Origin: Fibrobacteria bacterium
GTDB taxonomy: Bacteria > Fibrobacterota > Fibrobacteria > UBA11236 > JADFYW01
Assembly: GCA_050294405.1 (NCBI GenBank)
Contig: JBNKOC010000012.1
Location: 1 to 64,000, forward strand
Reading direction: 5' to 3'
Length of the DNA stretch: 64,000 nt
The translations under genes were made by a program, and so were the position numbers. Shown here piece after piece: positions 1 through 10,424 of this stretch; position 1 is the stretch's first letter; each line of letters starts with the position of its first letter. A model generated the notes under the pieces. It searched no databases, had not been told where the DNA came from, and worked only from the letters and a program-made list of their open reading frames with translations.

Positions 1-266
1 ATTTTGCCCGAGCCGTATTTTTCTTCTAAAATCGGACCTAAGAGTAAGATAAAAGAAAAGTTACTTAATAAATGGTTCCAATTTTGATGACCGGCCACAT
101 GAGAAATAAGACGCCAATAATCCAAAGGGTTTTTAAAATCCATGCTGGGGTACACCACAAAATATTTGCCAGCAAAATTGCCCAAAGTCATATCGGAAGC
201 GAACATTATAATGGTGCTAAGGAGCGTAAAGGAAAGTATTACGGGGGAATTGTACCTGAATTTCAC
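1..266 (-). CDS. Rhomboid-family intramembrane serine protease, N-terminal part (runs off window start; not in ORF track)
   Basis: Manual translation from GTG at 266 (AAAAGGA RBS upstream): MKFRYNSPVILSFTLLSTIIMFAS...DYWRLISHVAGHQNWNHLLSNFSFILLLGPILEEKYGSGK. It contains the rhomboid WR motif, HxxxxHxxxN and GxxLExxxG. Confidence 0.8.
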   Translation of the reverse strand, partial: MKFRYNSPVILSFTLLSTIIMFASDMTLGNFAGKYFVVYPSMDFKNPLDYWRLISHVAGHQNWNHLLSNFSFILLLGPILEEKYGSGK

Positions 267-403
267 TAAATCATCCTTTTTGGATACCAGCAATGGGTGT
301 TTTGGAAATAGAAATTTAAGCCTAATCGGTAAAATAAATTTTGCGCTTCTCTTCTTATTTTCTTGCTATTTTTAACCACCTAAACCATTAATCAAGGGTT
401 CAC

Positions 404-2083
404 ATGGCCGAAAAATTTGTCTATTACATGCACGGGTTAAGCAAAAAGTTTCCCAATTCTAAAGAAATTTTAAAGAATATTAACCTTTCTTTTTATTACG
501 GGGCCAAAATTGGAATTATCGGGGTGAATGGCGCGGGTAAAAGTACGCTTATGAAAATTATGGCGGGCATGGATAAGGATTACCAGGGCGAGGCCTGGCT
601 GGAACAGGGTAGAACCGTGGGTTATTTGCCTCAGGAACCCGAATTGGATCCCAATTTAACGGTGCAGCAAAATGTGGAACTGGCGGTGCAAAAAACCAGA
701 AGGTTGTTGGAAGAGTTTAACGAGATCTCCTTAAAATTCGGCGAAGAAATGTCCGATGAGGAAATGAACAAGCTTTTGGAAAAACAGGCCAAGTTGCAGG
801 ATAAAATTGACGCCAGCGATGCCTGGGAATTGGACCGGCATATGGAAATTGCCATGGAAGCCCTGCGCTTGCCTCCGGCGGATTCAGCCGTGACCGAGCT
901 TTCCGGGGGTGAAAAAAGGCGGGTGGCCCTGTGTCGTTTGCTTTTGGAACAACCCGATTTGTTGCTATTGGATGAGCCCACCAACCATTTGGATGCCGAG
1001 TCTGTGGCCTGGTTAGAGCGCCATTTGCGCGAATATACTGGCTCGGTTATTCTGGTGACACACGACAGGTATTTTTTGGACAATGTTGTGGGCTGGATTT
1101 TGGAATTGGATAGGGGGGCTGGCATACCCTGGGAGGGCAACTACTCCAGTTGGCTGGAACAAAAAACCTCTCGCATGGCTCAGGAAGAAAAATCCGAGAG
1201 CAAGCGGCAAAAGCGTTTGAAAACCGAGTTGGAGTGGATTCGCATGTCGCAAAAAGGCAGGCAGCAAAAAGGTAAGGCCAGGTTAAATGCCTACGAAGAG
1301 CTTATGAACCAATCGGGCAATGATATGATGCAGACCGCTAACATCATTATCCCCCACGGGCCGCGCCTGGGCGATTTGGTGTTGCGGGCCGATAAAATCA
1401 GCAAGGCCTATGGCGATAAATTGCTTTTTGAAAATTTGGATTTTGAACTTCCCCGCAGCGGTATTGTGGGAATAATAGGGCCCAATGGCGCAGGTAAAAC
1501 CACCTTGTTTAAAATTATTACCGGGCAGGAAACTCCCGACTCGGGCAGCTTTAAACTGGGAGATACGGTTGAACTTAGTTATGTGGATCAAAACCGCGAC
1601 AAGTTGGATGGCGAAAAAACGGTCTTTGAAGAAATTACCGGGGGCAACGATGTATTAAAGCTGGGCAATACCGAAGTACAAAGCCGGGGCTATGTGGCGC
1701 AGTTTAATTTTCATGGCGGCGATCAACAAAAAAAGGTGGCTACTTTATCGGGCGGTGAGCGAAACAGAGTGCATCTGGCTAAGCTTTTACAAACGGGCGG
1801 CAATGTATTGCTATTGGATGAGCCCACCAACGATTTGGATGTGGAAACTTTGCAGGCACTGGAACAGGCTTTGTTAAAGTTTGCAGGCTGCGCTGTTATT
1901 ATTTCCCATGACAGGTGGTTTTTGGACCGGGTGGCCACCCATATTTTGGCCTTTGAAGGGGATAGCCAGGTTTATTCTCACAGTGGCAACTACGAAAGTT
2001 ACGAGGCCAACCGCAAGGAAAGACTGGGTATTAAAGACGATACCCCACATCGTATTCAATACAAAAAATTGGTGCGGGGTTAA
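404..2083 (+). CDS. ettA: Energy-dependent translational throttle protein EttA (ABC-F)
   Basis: Two ABC cassettes ([31 protein letters not shown]), no TM segments, 559 aa, EttA-typical [10 protein letters not shown] and LEWIR linker. Confidence 0.93.
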   Translation: MAEKFVYYMHGLSKKFPNSKEILKNINLSFYYGAKIGIIGVNGAGKSTLMKIMAGMDKDYQGEAWLEQGRTVGYLPQEPELDPNLTVQQNVELAVQKTRRLLEEFNEISLKFGEEMSDEEMNKLLEKQAKLQDKIDASDAWELDRHMEIAMEALRLPPADSAVTELSGGEKRRVALCRLLLEQPDLLLLDEPTNHLDAESVAWLERHLREYTGSVILVTHDRYFLDNVVGWILELDRGAGIPWEGNYSSWLEQKTSRMAQEEKSESKRQKRLKTELEWIRMSQKGRQQKGKARLNAYEELMNQSGNDMMQTANIIIPHGPRLGDLVLRADKISKAYGDKLLFENLDFELPRSGIVGIIGPNGAGKTTLFKIITGQETPDSGSFKLGDTVELSYVDQNRDKLDGEKTVFEEITGGNDVLKLGNTEVQSRGYVAQFNFHGGDQQKKVATLSGGERNRVHLAKLLQTGGNVLLLDEPTNDLDVETLQALEQALLKFAGCAVIISHDRWFLDRVATHILAFEGDSQVYSHSGNYESYEANRKERLGIKDDTPHRIQYKKLVRG

Positions 2084-2496
2084 TGGAAAAAATAAACCCC
2101 GACAAGCTTGTGTTGTTTGATGGTTATTGTAACTTGTGTAGTTTTTCCGTTGAATTTATTTTAAAACGAGAAAAAAATGAGGAACTGTTTTTTTGCTCTT
2201 TGCAATCCGAAGCTTCCCAAAAATTTTTAGCCCCTCATGTATATGAGCTGCGAAGCCGCGATTCGGTTTTGTTTTTGGAAAACGGCGTTTTGTATGCGGA
2301 AGACAAAGCGGCCCTTCGAATTTCGGGATATTTAAAATTTCCCTGGAGGCAGTTGGGTTTTGCAGCCAGAATTGTGCCCCACTTTTTAGCCCTCTCTATT
2401 TACCGACTTATTGCTAAAAACCGGTTTAAAATTTTCGGAAAAAAAACGGCTTGCTATGTGCCCGAAAAAAATGTTAGCCATCGCTTTTTAAATTAA
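2083..2496 (+). CDS. DCC1-like thiol-disulfide oxidoreductase (DUF393)
   Basis: N-terminal LFDGYCNLC (DxxCxxC) and C-terminal YRLIAKNRFKIFGK...C; overlaps the ettA stop codon. Confidence 0.85.
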   Translation: MEKINPDKLVLFDGYCNLCSFSVEFILKREKNEELFFCSLQSEASQKFLAPHVYELRSRDSVLFLENGVLYAEDKAALRISGYLKFPWRQLGFAARIVPHFLALSIYRLIAKNRFKIFGKKTACYVPEKNVSHRFLN

Positions 2497-2505
2497 GGCG
2501 CTGCC

Positions 2506-2808
2506 CTAATTCTCAACATCCGCCTCCATAGACTTTAAACTATGGGGCAAGCGGTGGTCGGGCCCGTAACTTAGTATTTGCTGGGCAATATGTTTGCAAT
2601 CTTCAAGGGCTCCATAATGCACAATGGTGCGGCCGCTGGTGTCCACTTCCACGGCGCAGCGAAAGGCGTTTTCTTTGGAAAGTTTGCAAACATGTGTTAA
2701 CATTTCCACAACATAGTCGTAGGTGTGTGTTTCGTCGTTGTACAAAACCGTTTTGAACACCGGGCTGGTTTTGGTTTTAATGTCTAATTCAGGATTGGCG
2801 TTTTCCAT
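2506..2808 (-). CDS. clpS: ATP-dependent Clp protease adaptor ClpS
   Basis: VLYNDETHTYDYVVEML motif and EVDTSGRTIV, 100 aa. Confidence 0.88.
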   Translation of the reverse strand: MENANPELDIKTKTSPVFKTVLYNDETHTYDYVVEMLTHVCKLSKENAFRCAVEVDTSGRTIVHYGALEDCKHIAQQILSYGPDHRLPHSLKSMEADVEN

Positions 2809-2838
2809 GGCTGCTTTTAAAAACTAAGATACTGCAAA

Positions 2839-3342
2839 TTAAAGGTTTATTAGCTTTTTCCAAAAAAAGTTCCAGGCCTTGTTTTGATCTTCCTCTTTAA
2901 ATTGGGGAATACCCTCTCCAAATAAAGATTCCAAATATTCCCTAATGGTATACATGGTTTGCCTTTCAAAAAAGGCCTGCCGCGATTGCACAAAGGCTAA
3001 ATCCGAAAGGCTTTCCTCGGGAAGATAAAATAACAGGGGATTAAAATTTTTAGGTTGCCAGCCTTCTGTTAAAGTGGCCGACATGTAACGGTTAAAAAAA
3101 TCGTCCACTAATGTTTTGTTGTCCGGGTCGTGGTCACCCATTAATTTTTCAAACTGATTAAAGGGACTTGCCTTTAATATTTGCACCAAAAGGGGCAACA
3201 GGTTTTTATCCACTTTTTGCAAAATCAACAGCAGCTCGCGGGTGGGCAGATAATATATATCGTCTAAAGATTTTATTTCGCTATCTGCGCTTAATTGATT
3301 TAGGTAATCCACCAATTGGGCTGCTGTTTTTTCGTCAATCAT
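2839..3342 (-). CDS. Hypothetical protein (167 aa, predicted helical)
   Basis: ORF packed co-directionally between the HDAC gene and clpS; no recognisable motif. Confidence 0.6.
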   Translation of the reverse strand: MIDEKTAAQLVDYLNQLSADSEIKSLDDIYYLPTRELLLILQKVDKNLLPLLVQILKASPFNQFEKLMGDHDPDNKTLVDDFFNRYMSATLTEGWQPKNFNPLLFYLPEESLSDLAFVQSRQAFFERQTMYTIREYLESLFGEGIPQFKEEDQNKAWNFFWKKLINL

Positions 3343-3352
3343 GTTTTAAATT

Positions 3353-4273
3353 CTAATTAAAAGACAACATGCTTTCCAAATGAGAAACCACATTTTGGGA
3401 TAAAGCCTCGGGATTGTACCCCCCTTCTAATATACTCAGTAAATTACCCCCGGAATATTTTTTAGCAAGCTCAAGGCAATATTTGCTCAGTTGGGCAAAA
3501 CCCTCGGGGCTAATGTTAAAAGTTCCCAAGGGATCTCCCTTGCCACTGTCAAAGCCGGCGGAAATTAAAACAAAATCCGGTTTAAATTTTTCGGCCTCGG
3601 GCAAAAGCTTTTCTTCAAAGGCCCTGAAAATCTGGCTGTCTCCAGAAAAGGCTCCCAATGGGGCGTTGATGTTGTAACCCTCTCCGGGCCCTTCTCCTTT
3701 CCTATCTGCAGAACCAGTTCCGGGGTAGGCGTCTAATTGGTGGGTGCTGAAAAAAAGCACAGAGGGATCGTTGTAAAAGGCCCATTCGGTGCCATTGCCG
3801 TGGTGGTAGTCCCAGTCCACAATTAAAATTTTCTTTTTATTCCATTCTTCCTGGAGGTATTTGGCCACAATGGCGATGTTGTTTAAAAAACAAAATCCTT
3901 CGCCATGATTGCGGTCATCGTAATGGGCACCGTTATTCATGCTGTGGTGGCCCGGTGGGCGCACGGCGCAAAAAGCTGTTTCCACTTTGTTTTCGCAAAT
4001 GGCTTTGGCGGCTCCCAAGCAATAGTCCACAGCTTTAAGAGCTGTGTTTTTGTCAGAAGGCAGATTTTGAATGCTTTGTAAATGTTCTTGGCTGTGGATT
4101 TTTAATATATGTGTCTGTGAATCGGAAAGGGGGCTAAGATTCATCAATTCTTTTTTTATCTGACTGCCCGAAAGCTTTTTTTCCAAAGTGGAAAGTCTAA
4201 GTGGGGATTCGGGGTGCAGGGAGGATAAAAAATGCCTCTGGAACAAAGGGTGGGTGGAAATGCCGGTTCTCAT
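3353..4273 (-). CDS. Histone deacetylase-family (Zn-dependent lysine/polyamine deacetylase) protein
   Basis: HPESPxRL, RPPGHH, GFCFLNN, DWDYHHGNGT, SAGFD and LEGGY motifs. Confidence 0.92.
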   Translation of the reverse strand: MRTGISTHPLFQRHFLSSLHPESPLRLSTLEKKLSGSQIKKELMNLSPLSDSQTHILKIHSQEHLQSIQNLPSDKNTALKAVDYCLGAAKAICENKVETAFCAVRPPGHHSMNNGAHYDDRNHGEGFCFLNNIAIVAKYLQEEWNKKKILIVDWDYHHGNGTEWAFYNDPSVLFFSTHQLDAYPGTGSADRKGEGPGEGYNINAPLGAFSGDSQIFRAFEEKLLPEAEKFKPDFVLISAGFDSGKGDPLGTFNISPEGFAQLSKYCLELAKKYSGGNLLSILEGGYNPEALSQNVVSHLESMLSFN

Positions 4274-4418
4274 GTAAAATTTGCTTAAAACAGTTAAAAA
4301 ATGTCCTAGGTGGATGAATAGAGCACATAAATTTAAATCATTTTACGGGAATCCCGGCCACAAGCCTGCAAAATCCCAAATCAGGGAAAAAAAAGTTAAA
4401 TTTGGCCCTCACAATATT

Positions 4419-5240
4419 ATGGAAAATCTACTGGAAAAAATCGAAGAGGCTAAGGCCTTTGTAGCCCAAAAATGGGCCCACCAGCCCGAATTTGGAATTA
4501 TTTTAGGAACCGGACTTGGTTCCCTGGTAAAATCCGTGGAAAACCCTGTTTCCATTCCTTATGAGGATATCCCCCATTTTGTGGAATCCACTGTGGAGTT
4601 TCACGCCGGGCAATTGGTGTTGGGGGAAATTAATGGCAAAAAAGTTATGGTGATGCAGGGCCGCTTTCATTTTTATGAAGGCTATAGCATGTCCGAAATC
4701 ACTTTTCCTGTTCGCCTGATGAAAGCTCTGGGCGCTCATTCCTTAATAGTGAGCAATGCCTGCGGGGGCTTAAACCCTCAATACTCTCCCGGCGATATTA
4801 TGTTAATGACAGACCACATTAATTTACTGGGTCAAAACCCTTTAATCGGCAAAAACTATCGGGAACTGGGGCCCCGTTTTCCCGATATGAGCGAACCTTA
4901 CACCAAAGCTTATGTTCAAAAGGCTTTGGATATAGCTTTGCAGCAAAAAATATCCGTGCAAAAAGGGGTGTATGCCTGCATGTCCGGTCCTTCCCTGGAA
5001 ACAGCGGCCGAATATAGAATGTTGCGCATTATTGGCTCCGATGTTATTGGAATGTCCACGGTGCCCGAGGTGATTACGGCGGTTCACTCCCGTATGAAGG
5101 TTTTGGGTTTAAGTGTTATTACAGATTCCTGCTTACCCGATGCCCTAAGGCCAGTAGATTTAGATGAAATTATTAAGGTAGCCGGAACGGCTGAGCCTAA
5201 ATTGGTGAAATTAATAACCCAGTTTTTAAAAGAAATTTAA
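4419..5240 (+). CDS. Purine-nucleoside phosphorylase (trimeric PNP/XapA type)
   Basis: IILGTGLG, QGRFHFYEGY, DHINL, GPRFPDMSEPY and GMSTVPE motifs. Start moved from 4281 (TTG) to the ATG at 4419 (MENLLEK), where family similarity begins. Confidence 0.9.
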   Translation: MENLLEKIEEAKAFVAQKWAHQPEFGIILGTGLGSLVKSVENPVSIPYEDIPHFVESTVEFHAGQLVLGEINGKKVMVMQGRFHFYEGYSMSEITFPVRLMKALGAHSLIVSNACGGLNPQYSPGDIMLMTDHINLLGQNPLIGKNYRELGPRFPDMSEPYTKAYVQKALDIALQQKISVQKGVYACMSGPSLETAAEYRMLRIIGSDVIGMSTVPEVITAVHSRMKVLGLSVITDSCLPDALRPVDLDEIIKVAGTAEPKLVKLITQFLKEI

Positions 5241-5258
5241 AGTACAACTGCATAGCCT

Positions 5259-8200
5259 ATGTTTAGAGAGTTAGATAAAAATCAGAGCTTTGCCTCTATC
5301 GAAAAAAGTATCCTGGAGCAGTGGGAGAAGGAAAAATCATTTGAAAAATCTGTGTCTGCGGATAAAAGCAAAAAGGAATTTATCTTTTTTGACGGGCCTC
5401 CTTTTGCCACAGGGCTTCCCCATTACGGCCATTTGTTAGCGGGCACCATTAAAGACATTATACCTCGTTATTGGACCATGAAGGGCTACCGCACCGAAAG
5501 GCGCTTTGGTTGGGATTGCCACGGACTTCCCATTGAAAGCTTAATTCAAAATGAATTGAAATTAGCTGGTATTCAGGAAATTCAGGATTACGGCGTGGAT
5601 AAGTTTAACGAGTCCTGCCGTTCCTCGGTGTTAAAATACACCAGCGAATGGGAAGTAACTGTTAAAAAAATGGGCCGCTGGGTTGACTTTAGAAACGACT
5701 ATAAAACCATGGATCTGGATTTTATGGAAACGGTCTGGTGGGTTTTTAAGCAGTGTTTTGATAAGGGTTTAATATATCAGGGCCATCGTATACAACCCTA
5801 TAGCCCGGCCCTAGCCACGCCTCTTTCTAATTTTGAAACCAACCAGGGTTATAAAGACAGGCAAGACCCAAGTATCACCATTACCATGCCATTAACATCA
5901 GGTAATGGTTCACTTTTAGTTTGGACTACCACTCCCTGGACCCTTCCCAGTAACCTGGCTGTGGCGGTTGGGCCTGAAATAGATTATGTCAAAATTAAAG
6001 ACAGCAAGGGCGATGTATATTGGCTGGCCGAGTCCCGAGTGGGCGCTTACTTTAAAGAAGAAGTTGAAACACTGGAAAAGAAAAAAGGCAAGGATTTAGT
6101 GGGTCTTAACTACGAGCCTCTTTTTACTTTTGCACCTCAGCTATCGGACAAACAATACAGCATATTATCGGCGGAATACGTATCCATTGAAGATGGCACT
6201 GGTTTGGTGCATATTGCTCCTTCTTTTGGTGAAGAAGATTTTCAATTAGGACAGGAACATAACCTGGGCCTTTTTGACCCTCTTGATGCTGCAGGCCAAT
6301 TCACGGATTTGGTGCCCGACTGGAAAGGTATTGGGGCCAAGGATGCCGATAAATCCATTATCCAAACTCTCAAAACCAATGGGCGCATGTTTAAGCATGA
6401 AACTCTTGTGCACAGCTACCCCCATTGTTATCGCACCGATGTGCCCTTGTTATACAGGGCTTTAAAGACCTGGTTCTTAAAACTGGATCACCCCATAAGC
6501 TCCGCCGAAGAGGAAACTAAAACCTTAAAAGAATGGATGTTGTGGTCTAACCAGCAAATAAACTGGGTGCCTGACCATATTAAAAACGGACGCTTTGGAA
6601 AGTGGCTGGAAAACGCCCGGGACTGGAACTTAAGCAGAAATCGCTTTTGGGGTACGCCCATTCCTATCTGGATGGCCGATGATGGGGATATGTTATGTGT
6701 GGGCAGCGTGGAAGAGTTGGAAAAATTAACCAATTCCAAAGTTTCGGATTTGCATAAACATATTGTGGATGTATTGGAAATCAAAACCAGCGACAAAAAG
6801 ACTTTTGATGCAAATGGAAAAGTTTATAAACGCACACCAGAAGTTTTGGATTGCTGGTTTGAATCGGGCTCTATGCCCTATGCTCAAAAACATTATCCTT
6901 TTGAAAATAAAGAATCTTTTGAGGCTGGCTTTCCCGCGGACTTCATTGCCGAAGGTTTGGATCAAACCCGTGGCTGGTTTTACACCTTAACGGTTTTATC
7001 GGCAGCTTTATTTCAAAAGCCCGCTTTTAAAAATGTTGTTATCAATGGCATTATCCTGGCCGAAGATGGTCAGAAAATGAGCAAGCGGTTAAAAAATTAC
7101 CCCGATCCCAACCATTTAATTGATTCCACTTCAGCCGATGCGGTGCGTTTGTTTATGATTAACTCCGCTGCCGTTAAAGCAGGTGAATTAAAATTTTCTG
7201 AAGAGGGCGTTCGCGAGATGACCAGGGCTGTTCTTTTACCCTTATGGAATTCGCTGAGCTTGTTTGTAACCTACGCCAATGCGGATTATGCCAAGGGACA
7301 GCTCAGTTGGAAACCCGGTGATGTTGTAGAATCCCAAAATTTATTGGATAAATGGATAGTATCGGATTTGCAGGAATTGTTGGAAAGCATCCAAACAAAC
7401 ATGGAAGCCTTTCAGCTGCACAATGTTGTGCCTGCGGTGGTGCGTTTTATTGATGATTTAACCAACTGGTATATTCGTCGTTCCCGCCGCCGTTTTTGGA
7501 AGTCGGAAAACGACAGCGATAAAAACCAGGCCTATGCTACTTTGTACACGGTGTTGGTGGAGTTTTCCAAAGTGTTGGCCCCCTTTCTTCCCTTTTTGGC
7601 AGAAGAAATTTATCAAATATTAGCCAGAGAAATTGTACCTTCCTCCCCCGAATCGGTACATCTTTGCGATTTTCCGGAAGCTAAAGAAAGTTTAAAGGAT
7701 TCGGACTTGGTGGAAAAAATGGAATTGGTTCGGGAAGCTGTGAATCTGGGACGTGTATTGCGGGCTCAAAACAATTTGAAAAACAGACAGCCTTTGGGCC
7801 ATATGAATATTGTAGTGCGGGGAGAAAAACACAAGGAATGGATAAACTCTCTTTCTGAATTGATTTTAGATGAGTTGAACGTGAAAAAACTGGATGTTTC
7901 CCTGGACGAATCGGAGTTGGTAAAGTTGAGTGCCAAAGCCAATTTTAAAACCTTAGGCAAACGAATGGGAAAAAACATGAAAACTGTGGCAGCTAAAATT
8001 GCAGCTCTAAGCCATAGCGAATTGTCTGAATTGCAGAATGGAAAAATTTTGGAATGGCCCGAAGGCAATATTTCCATTGAAGATGTGGTTTTGCAGCGGG
8101 AAACCAAAGAAGGCCAGGTGGTGGAATCTAGCGAAAATTTAACGGTGGCTCTGGACACCCAAATCAGCAACGAGTTGTTGTACGAAGGCCTTGCTCGGGA

Positions 8201-8441
8201 ATGTGTGAATAAAATTCAGAATATGAGAAAAGAGTCCGGTTATGCAGTTACCGATAAAATAATTCTGCGGGCCCAGACCCAATCGGAAGATTTAAAAGAG
8301 ATGCTCAACTCAAATCGGGAGTATATTAACTCTGAAGTTTTGGCAGAACAATTTGAATTGGTGGATTCTGCGGGGAATTCGGAATTTGGAGTGGAGCATA
8401 ATGGAAATTTTGTGTCATTTGAAGTGGTCAAATTGGGTTAA
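5259..8441 (+). CDS. ileS: Isoleucine--tRNA ligase, type 2
   Basis: DGPPFATGLPHYGH, GWDCHGLP, WTTTPWTL, DWNLSRNRFWG and KMSKR motifs; long C-terminus without the type-1 zinc finger. Confidence 0.96.
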   Translation: MFRELDKNQSFASIEKSILEQWEKEKSFEKSVSADKSKKEFIFFDGPPFATGLPHYGHLLAGTIKDIIPRYWTMKGYRTERRFGWDCHGLPIESLIQNELKLAGIQEIQDYGVDKFNESCRSSVLKYTSEWEVTVKKMGRWVDFRNDYKTMDLDFMETVWWVFKQCFDKGLIYQGHRIQPYSPALATPLSNFETNQGYKDRQDPSITITMPLTSGNGSLLVWTTTPWTLPSNLAVAVGPEIDYVKIKDSKGDVYWLAESRVGAYFKEEVETLEKKKGKDLVGLNYEPLFTFAPQLSDKQYSILSAEYVSIEDGTGLVHIAPSFGEEDFQLGQEHNLGLFDPLDAAGQFTDLVPDWKGIGAKDADKSIIQTLKTNGRMFKHETLVHSYPHCYRTDVPLLYRALKTWFLKLDHPISSAEEETKTLKEWMLWSNQQINWVPDHIKNGRFGKWLENARDWNLSRNRFWGTPIPIWMADDGDMLCVGSVEELEKLTNSKVSDLHKHIVDVLEIKTSDKKTFDANGKVYKRTPEVLDCWFESGSMPYAQKHYPFENKESFEAGFPADFIAEGLDQTRGWFYTLTVLSAALFQKPAFKNVVINGIILAEDGQKMSKRLKNYPDPNHLIDSTSADAVRLFMINSAAVKAGELKFSEEGVREMTRAVLLPLWNSLSLFVTYANADYAKGQLSWKPGDVVESQNLLDKWIVSDLQELLESIQTNMEAFQLHNVVPAVVRFIDDLTNWYIRRSRRRFWKSENDSDKNQAYATLYTVLVEFSKVLAPFLPFLAEEIYQILAREIVPSSPESVHLCDFPEAKESLKDSDLVEKMELVREAVNLGRVLRAQNNLKNRQPLGHMNIVVRGEKHKEWINSLSELILDELNVKKLDVSLDESELVKLSAKANFKTLGKRMGKNMKTVAAKIAALSHSELSELQNGKILEWPEGNISIEDVVLQRETKEGQVVESSENLTVALDTQISNELLYEGLARECVNKIQNMRKESGYAVTDKIILRAQTQSEDLKEMLNSNREYINSEVLAEQFELVDSAGNSEFGVEHNGNFVSFEVVKLG

Positions 8442-8490
8442 TTTTTGAATAATATTGAATCTGGAATAGGCCTTAGAAAGGAAAACGATT

Positions 8491-8880
8491 ATGCCTAAAA
8501 TGAAGAAGAAAGATTTGGATTTTTTTGAAGAGCTCCTTAACGATAAAAAAGAAACTCTTTTGAAAGAACTTGGTTATTTGGAAAATAATGCGTTGCGCGT
8601 TTCTCAACGGGATGGTTCCGGAGATTTGTCCGGGGTTGCTTATCACCCGGCGGATCAGGGTAGCGATGCTCAAGATACCGAACAAGCTTTTCGTTTGGCC
8701 AGCCGCGAAGGCAAATATTTGAACTTTCTGGAAGAAGCTCTTTTAAAAATTAAAGATGGTACCTTTGGGATTTGTACCGGATGTAATGAGCTGATTCCCC
8801 GAGCCAGACTTGAGGCGGTTCCCACTGCTAAAATGTGCATTGAATGCAAGACGGCTAAAGAAGAAGCCAGTAAAGAATAA
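8491..8880 (+). CDS. TraR/DksA-family C4 zinc-finger transcription factor
   Basis: Coiled coil with HPADQGSD tip; GTFGICTGC...RLEAVPTAKMCIEC zinc finger. Confidence 0.88.
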   Translation: MPKMKKKDLDFFEELLNDKKETLLKELGYLENNALRVSQRDGSGDLSGVAYHPADQGSDAQDTEQAFRLASREGKYLNFLEEALLKIKDGTFGICTGCNELIPRARLEAVPTAKMCIECKTAKEEASKE

Positions 8881-8894
8881 ATTTGCTAAAATCC

Positions 8895-8920
8895 GGGCAG
8901 CCAATGGCTGCCCTTTTTTT
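8895..8920 (+). terminator. Rho-independent terminator of the pnp-ileS-dksA unit
   Basis: GGGCAGCC-aat-GGCTGCCC hairpin followed by T7. Confidence 0.85.
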
Positions 8921-8936
8921 ATCCGATTAGAATGAT

Positions 8937-10424
8937 TTGTCGGTAAACTCTCCCCAATCAATTAAAAAACGAGCCGTATCCGGCGTTAAATGGACTGGCT
9001 CCGCCCAAATGTTACTATTTCTGGTGCAGTTAATCCAAGTAGGTGTGCTGGCCCGATATTTATCTCCAAAAGATTTTGGAAATATGGCTCTTTTGTTAAT
9101 AGTAATAAATGTGCTCCATGCCTTTTCCGATTTGGGTATGGGGAATTCATTAATTGCTCATGACCGATATTCCAAAACCGAAATGACCCATGTATATTGG
9201 CTGGGCATTTTTTCCGGTTTTGTGTTGAGCTGCCTTGTTTATCTTTCCGCAGGATTGTTGGCCCGTATACTTGGTAATGGGACTCTGGCTTATGCCATAA
9301 AATGGATATCTCCCTATTTTATATTGATATCTCTTTCCCAACCCTTTATGGCTATTTTGCAAAAGCAATTGGAATTTAAGCGGATTGCCCTTTGTGAAAT
9401 AATGGGGGCCTTAAGCGGATTGGCCTTTGCCATTTGGGCAGCCATTTCGGGCCTTGGTCTTATGGCCCTTACCGGTGGATACATGATGATTATTGCAGTG
9501 CGCTCCATTTTGTTAATTACCTTGCGGCCTGTTAACATTGGCATGCCCGCCATTGGGGGTTTTAAAGGGATTTCCCAGCATTTGCATTTCGGGGCCTTTC
9601 AATTGGTCGAGCGGGTGGTGAATGTTTTTAAAGGGCAAGTGGATAAAGCTCTTTTGGCAAAATTTTTGGGCGTACTTGAGCTTGGATATTATTCTGTGGC
9701 CATGCAGCTGGCCCTAAGACCTGTGATGTTATTGAGTCCGGTGTTAATGAAAGTGGGTTTCCCTGTTTTAAGCCAGGTGAGTTCCAATAAAAAGCAAATT
9801 CGAAAAGCCTATTTGGATATAATGCAGTTTGTTTCTTTTTTAGGGGCGCCTCTATATATTGGTTTGTTTGTATTAGGCAACCCCTTAATGGAACTTTGGC
9901 TTGGACGGGGTTGGGAGTCTTCCCAAGAATTATTTCGCATATTGGTATTTATCGGACTAGCGGTGGCTTTGGGTAATCCTGCAGGAAGTTTGCTTTTAGC
10001 ATTAAAAAAACCGGGCTTAAGTTTGGGTATTAACATCTTTGGTTTTATCACAAATTTGCTGGCAATTTTGATTGGAGTAAAATGGGGGGCTGAGGGTATA
10101 GCCTATGCTCTATTGTTTAACAATTGTATAGTGCTTTTTTCTCTGGACTACTGGCTGGGGGCCAAATTTCTGGATATTTCCCCCGGCCATTTTACCAAAA
10201 TTTGGCTGCCTAATTTAATTCGGGCCAGCGCTATGGGAATTGGGGTATGGGCGGCTTCTTTATTAGTTGTCTCCTGGTATTTATCTCTGCAATTGGTTTT
10301 GCTTATTTTATTAGGTGTTATGTTATACCTTTTCATAAACATAATAAGCCAAAAACAATATTTAGAGGAACTAAAAAGAAGGCTGTTTGGAGAGGCTGGA
10401 TTTGTAAAGGGAAGCTCTAAATGA
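8937..10424 (+). CDS. Polysaccharide flippase (Wzx/WzxC-like, MOP family)
   Basis: AVSGVKW start, LARYLSPKDFG, FSDLGMG, LGYYSVA; about 12-14 hydrophobic segments. Confidence 0.88.
   Translation: MSVNSPQSIKKRAVSGVKWTGSAQMLLFLVQLIQVGVLARYLSPKDFGNMALLLIVINVLHAFSDLGMGNSLIAHDRYSKTEMTHVYWLGIFSGFVLSCLVYLSAGLLARILGNGTLAYAIKWISPYFILISLSQPFMAILQKQLEFKRIALCEIMGALSGLAFAIWAAISGLGLMALTGGYMMIIAVRSILLITLRPVNIGMPAIGGFKGISQHLHFGAFQLVERVVNVFKGQVDKALLAKFLGVLELGYYSVAMQLALRPVMLLSPVLMKVGFPVLSQVSSNKKQIRKAYLDIMQFVSFLGAPLYIGLFVLGNPLMELWLGRGWESSQELFRILVFIGLAVALGNPAGSLLLALKKPGLSLGINIFGFITNLLAILIGVKWGAEGIAYALLFNNCIVLFSLDYWLGAKFLDISPGHFTKIWLPNLIRASAMGIGVWAASLLVVSWYLSLQLVLLILLGVMLYLFINIISQKQYLEELKRRLFGEAGFVKGSSK

Noticed and set aside
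72..375. Plus-strand ORFs 72..269 and 142..375
   Set aside because: They are shadow ORFs antisense to the rhomboid CDS, which has clear family motifs and an RBS.
4281..4418. 46-aa N-terminal extension of PNP
   Set aside because: It is non-homologous, starts 7 bp from the divergent HDAC start and would cover the promoter region; the ATG at 4419 fits the family length.
5241..5258. T-box riboswitch before ileS (or glyQS)
   Set aside because: Only 18 bp separate pnp and ileS, and no T-box motif is visible upstream of glyQS.
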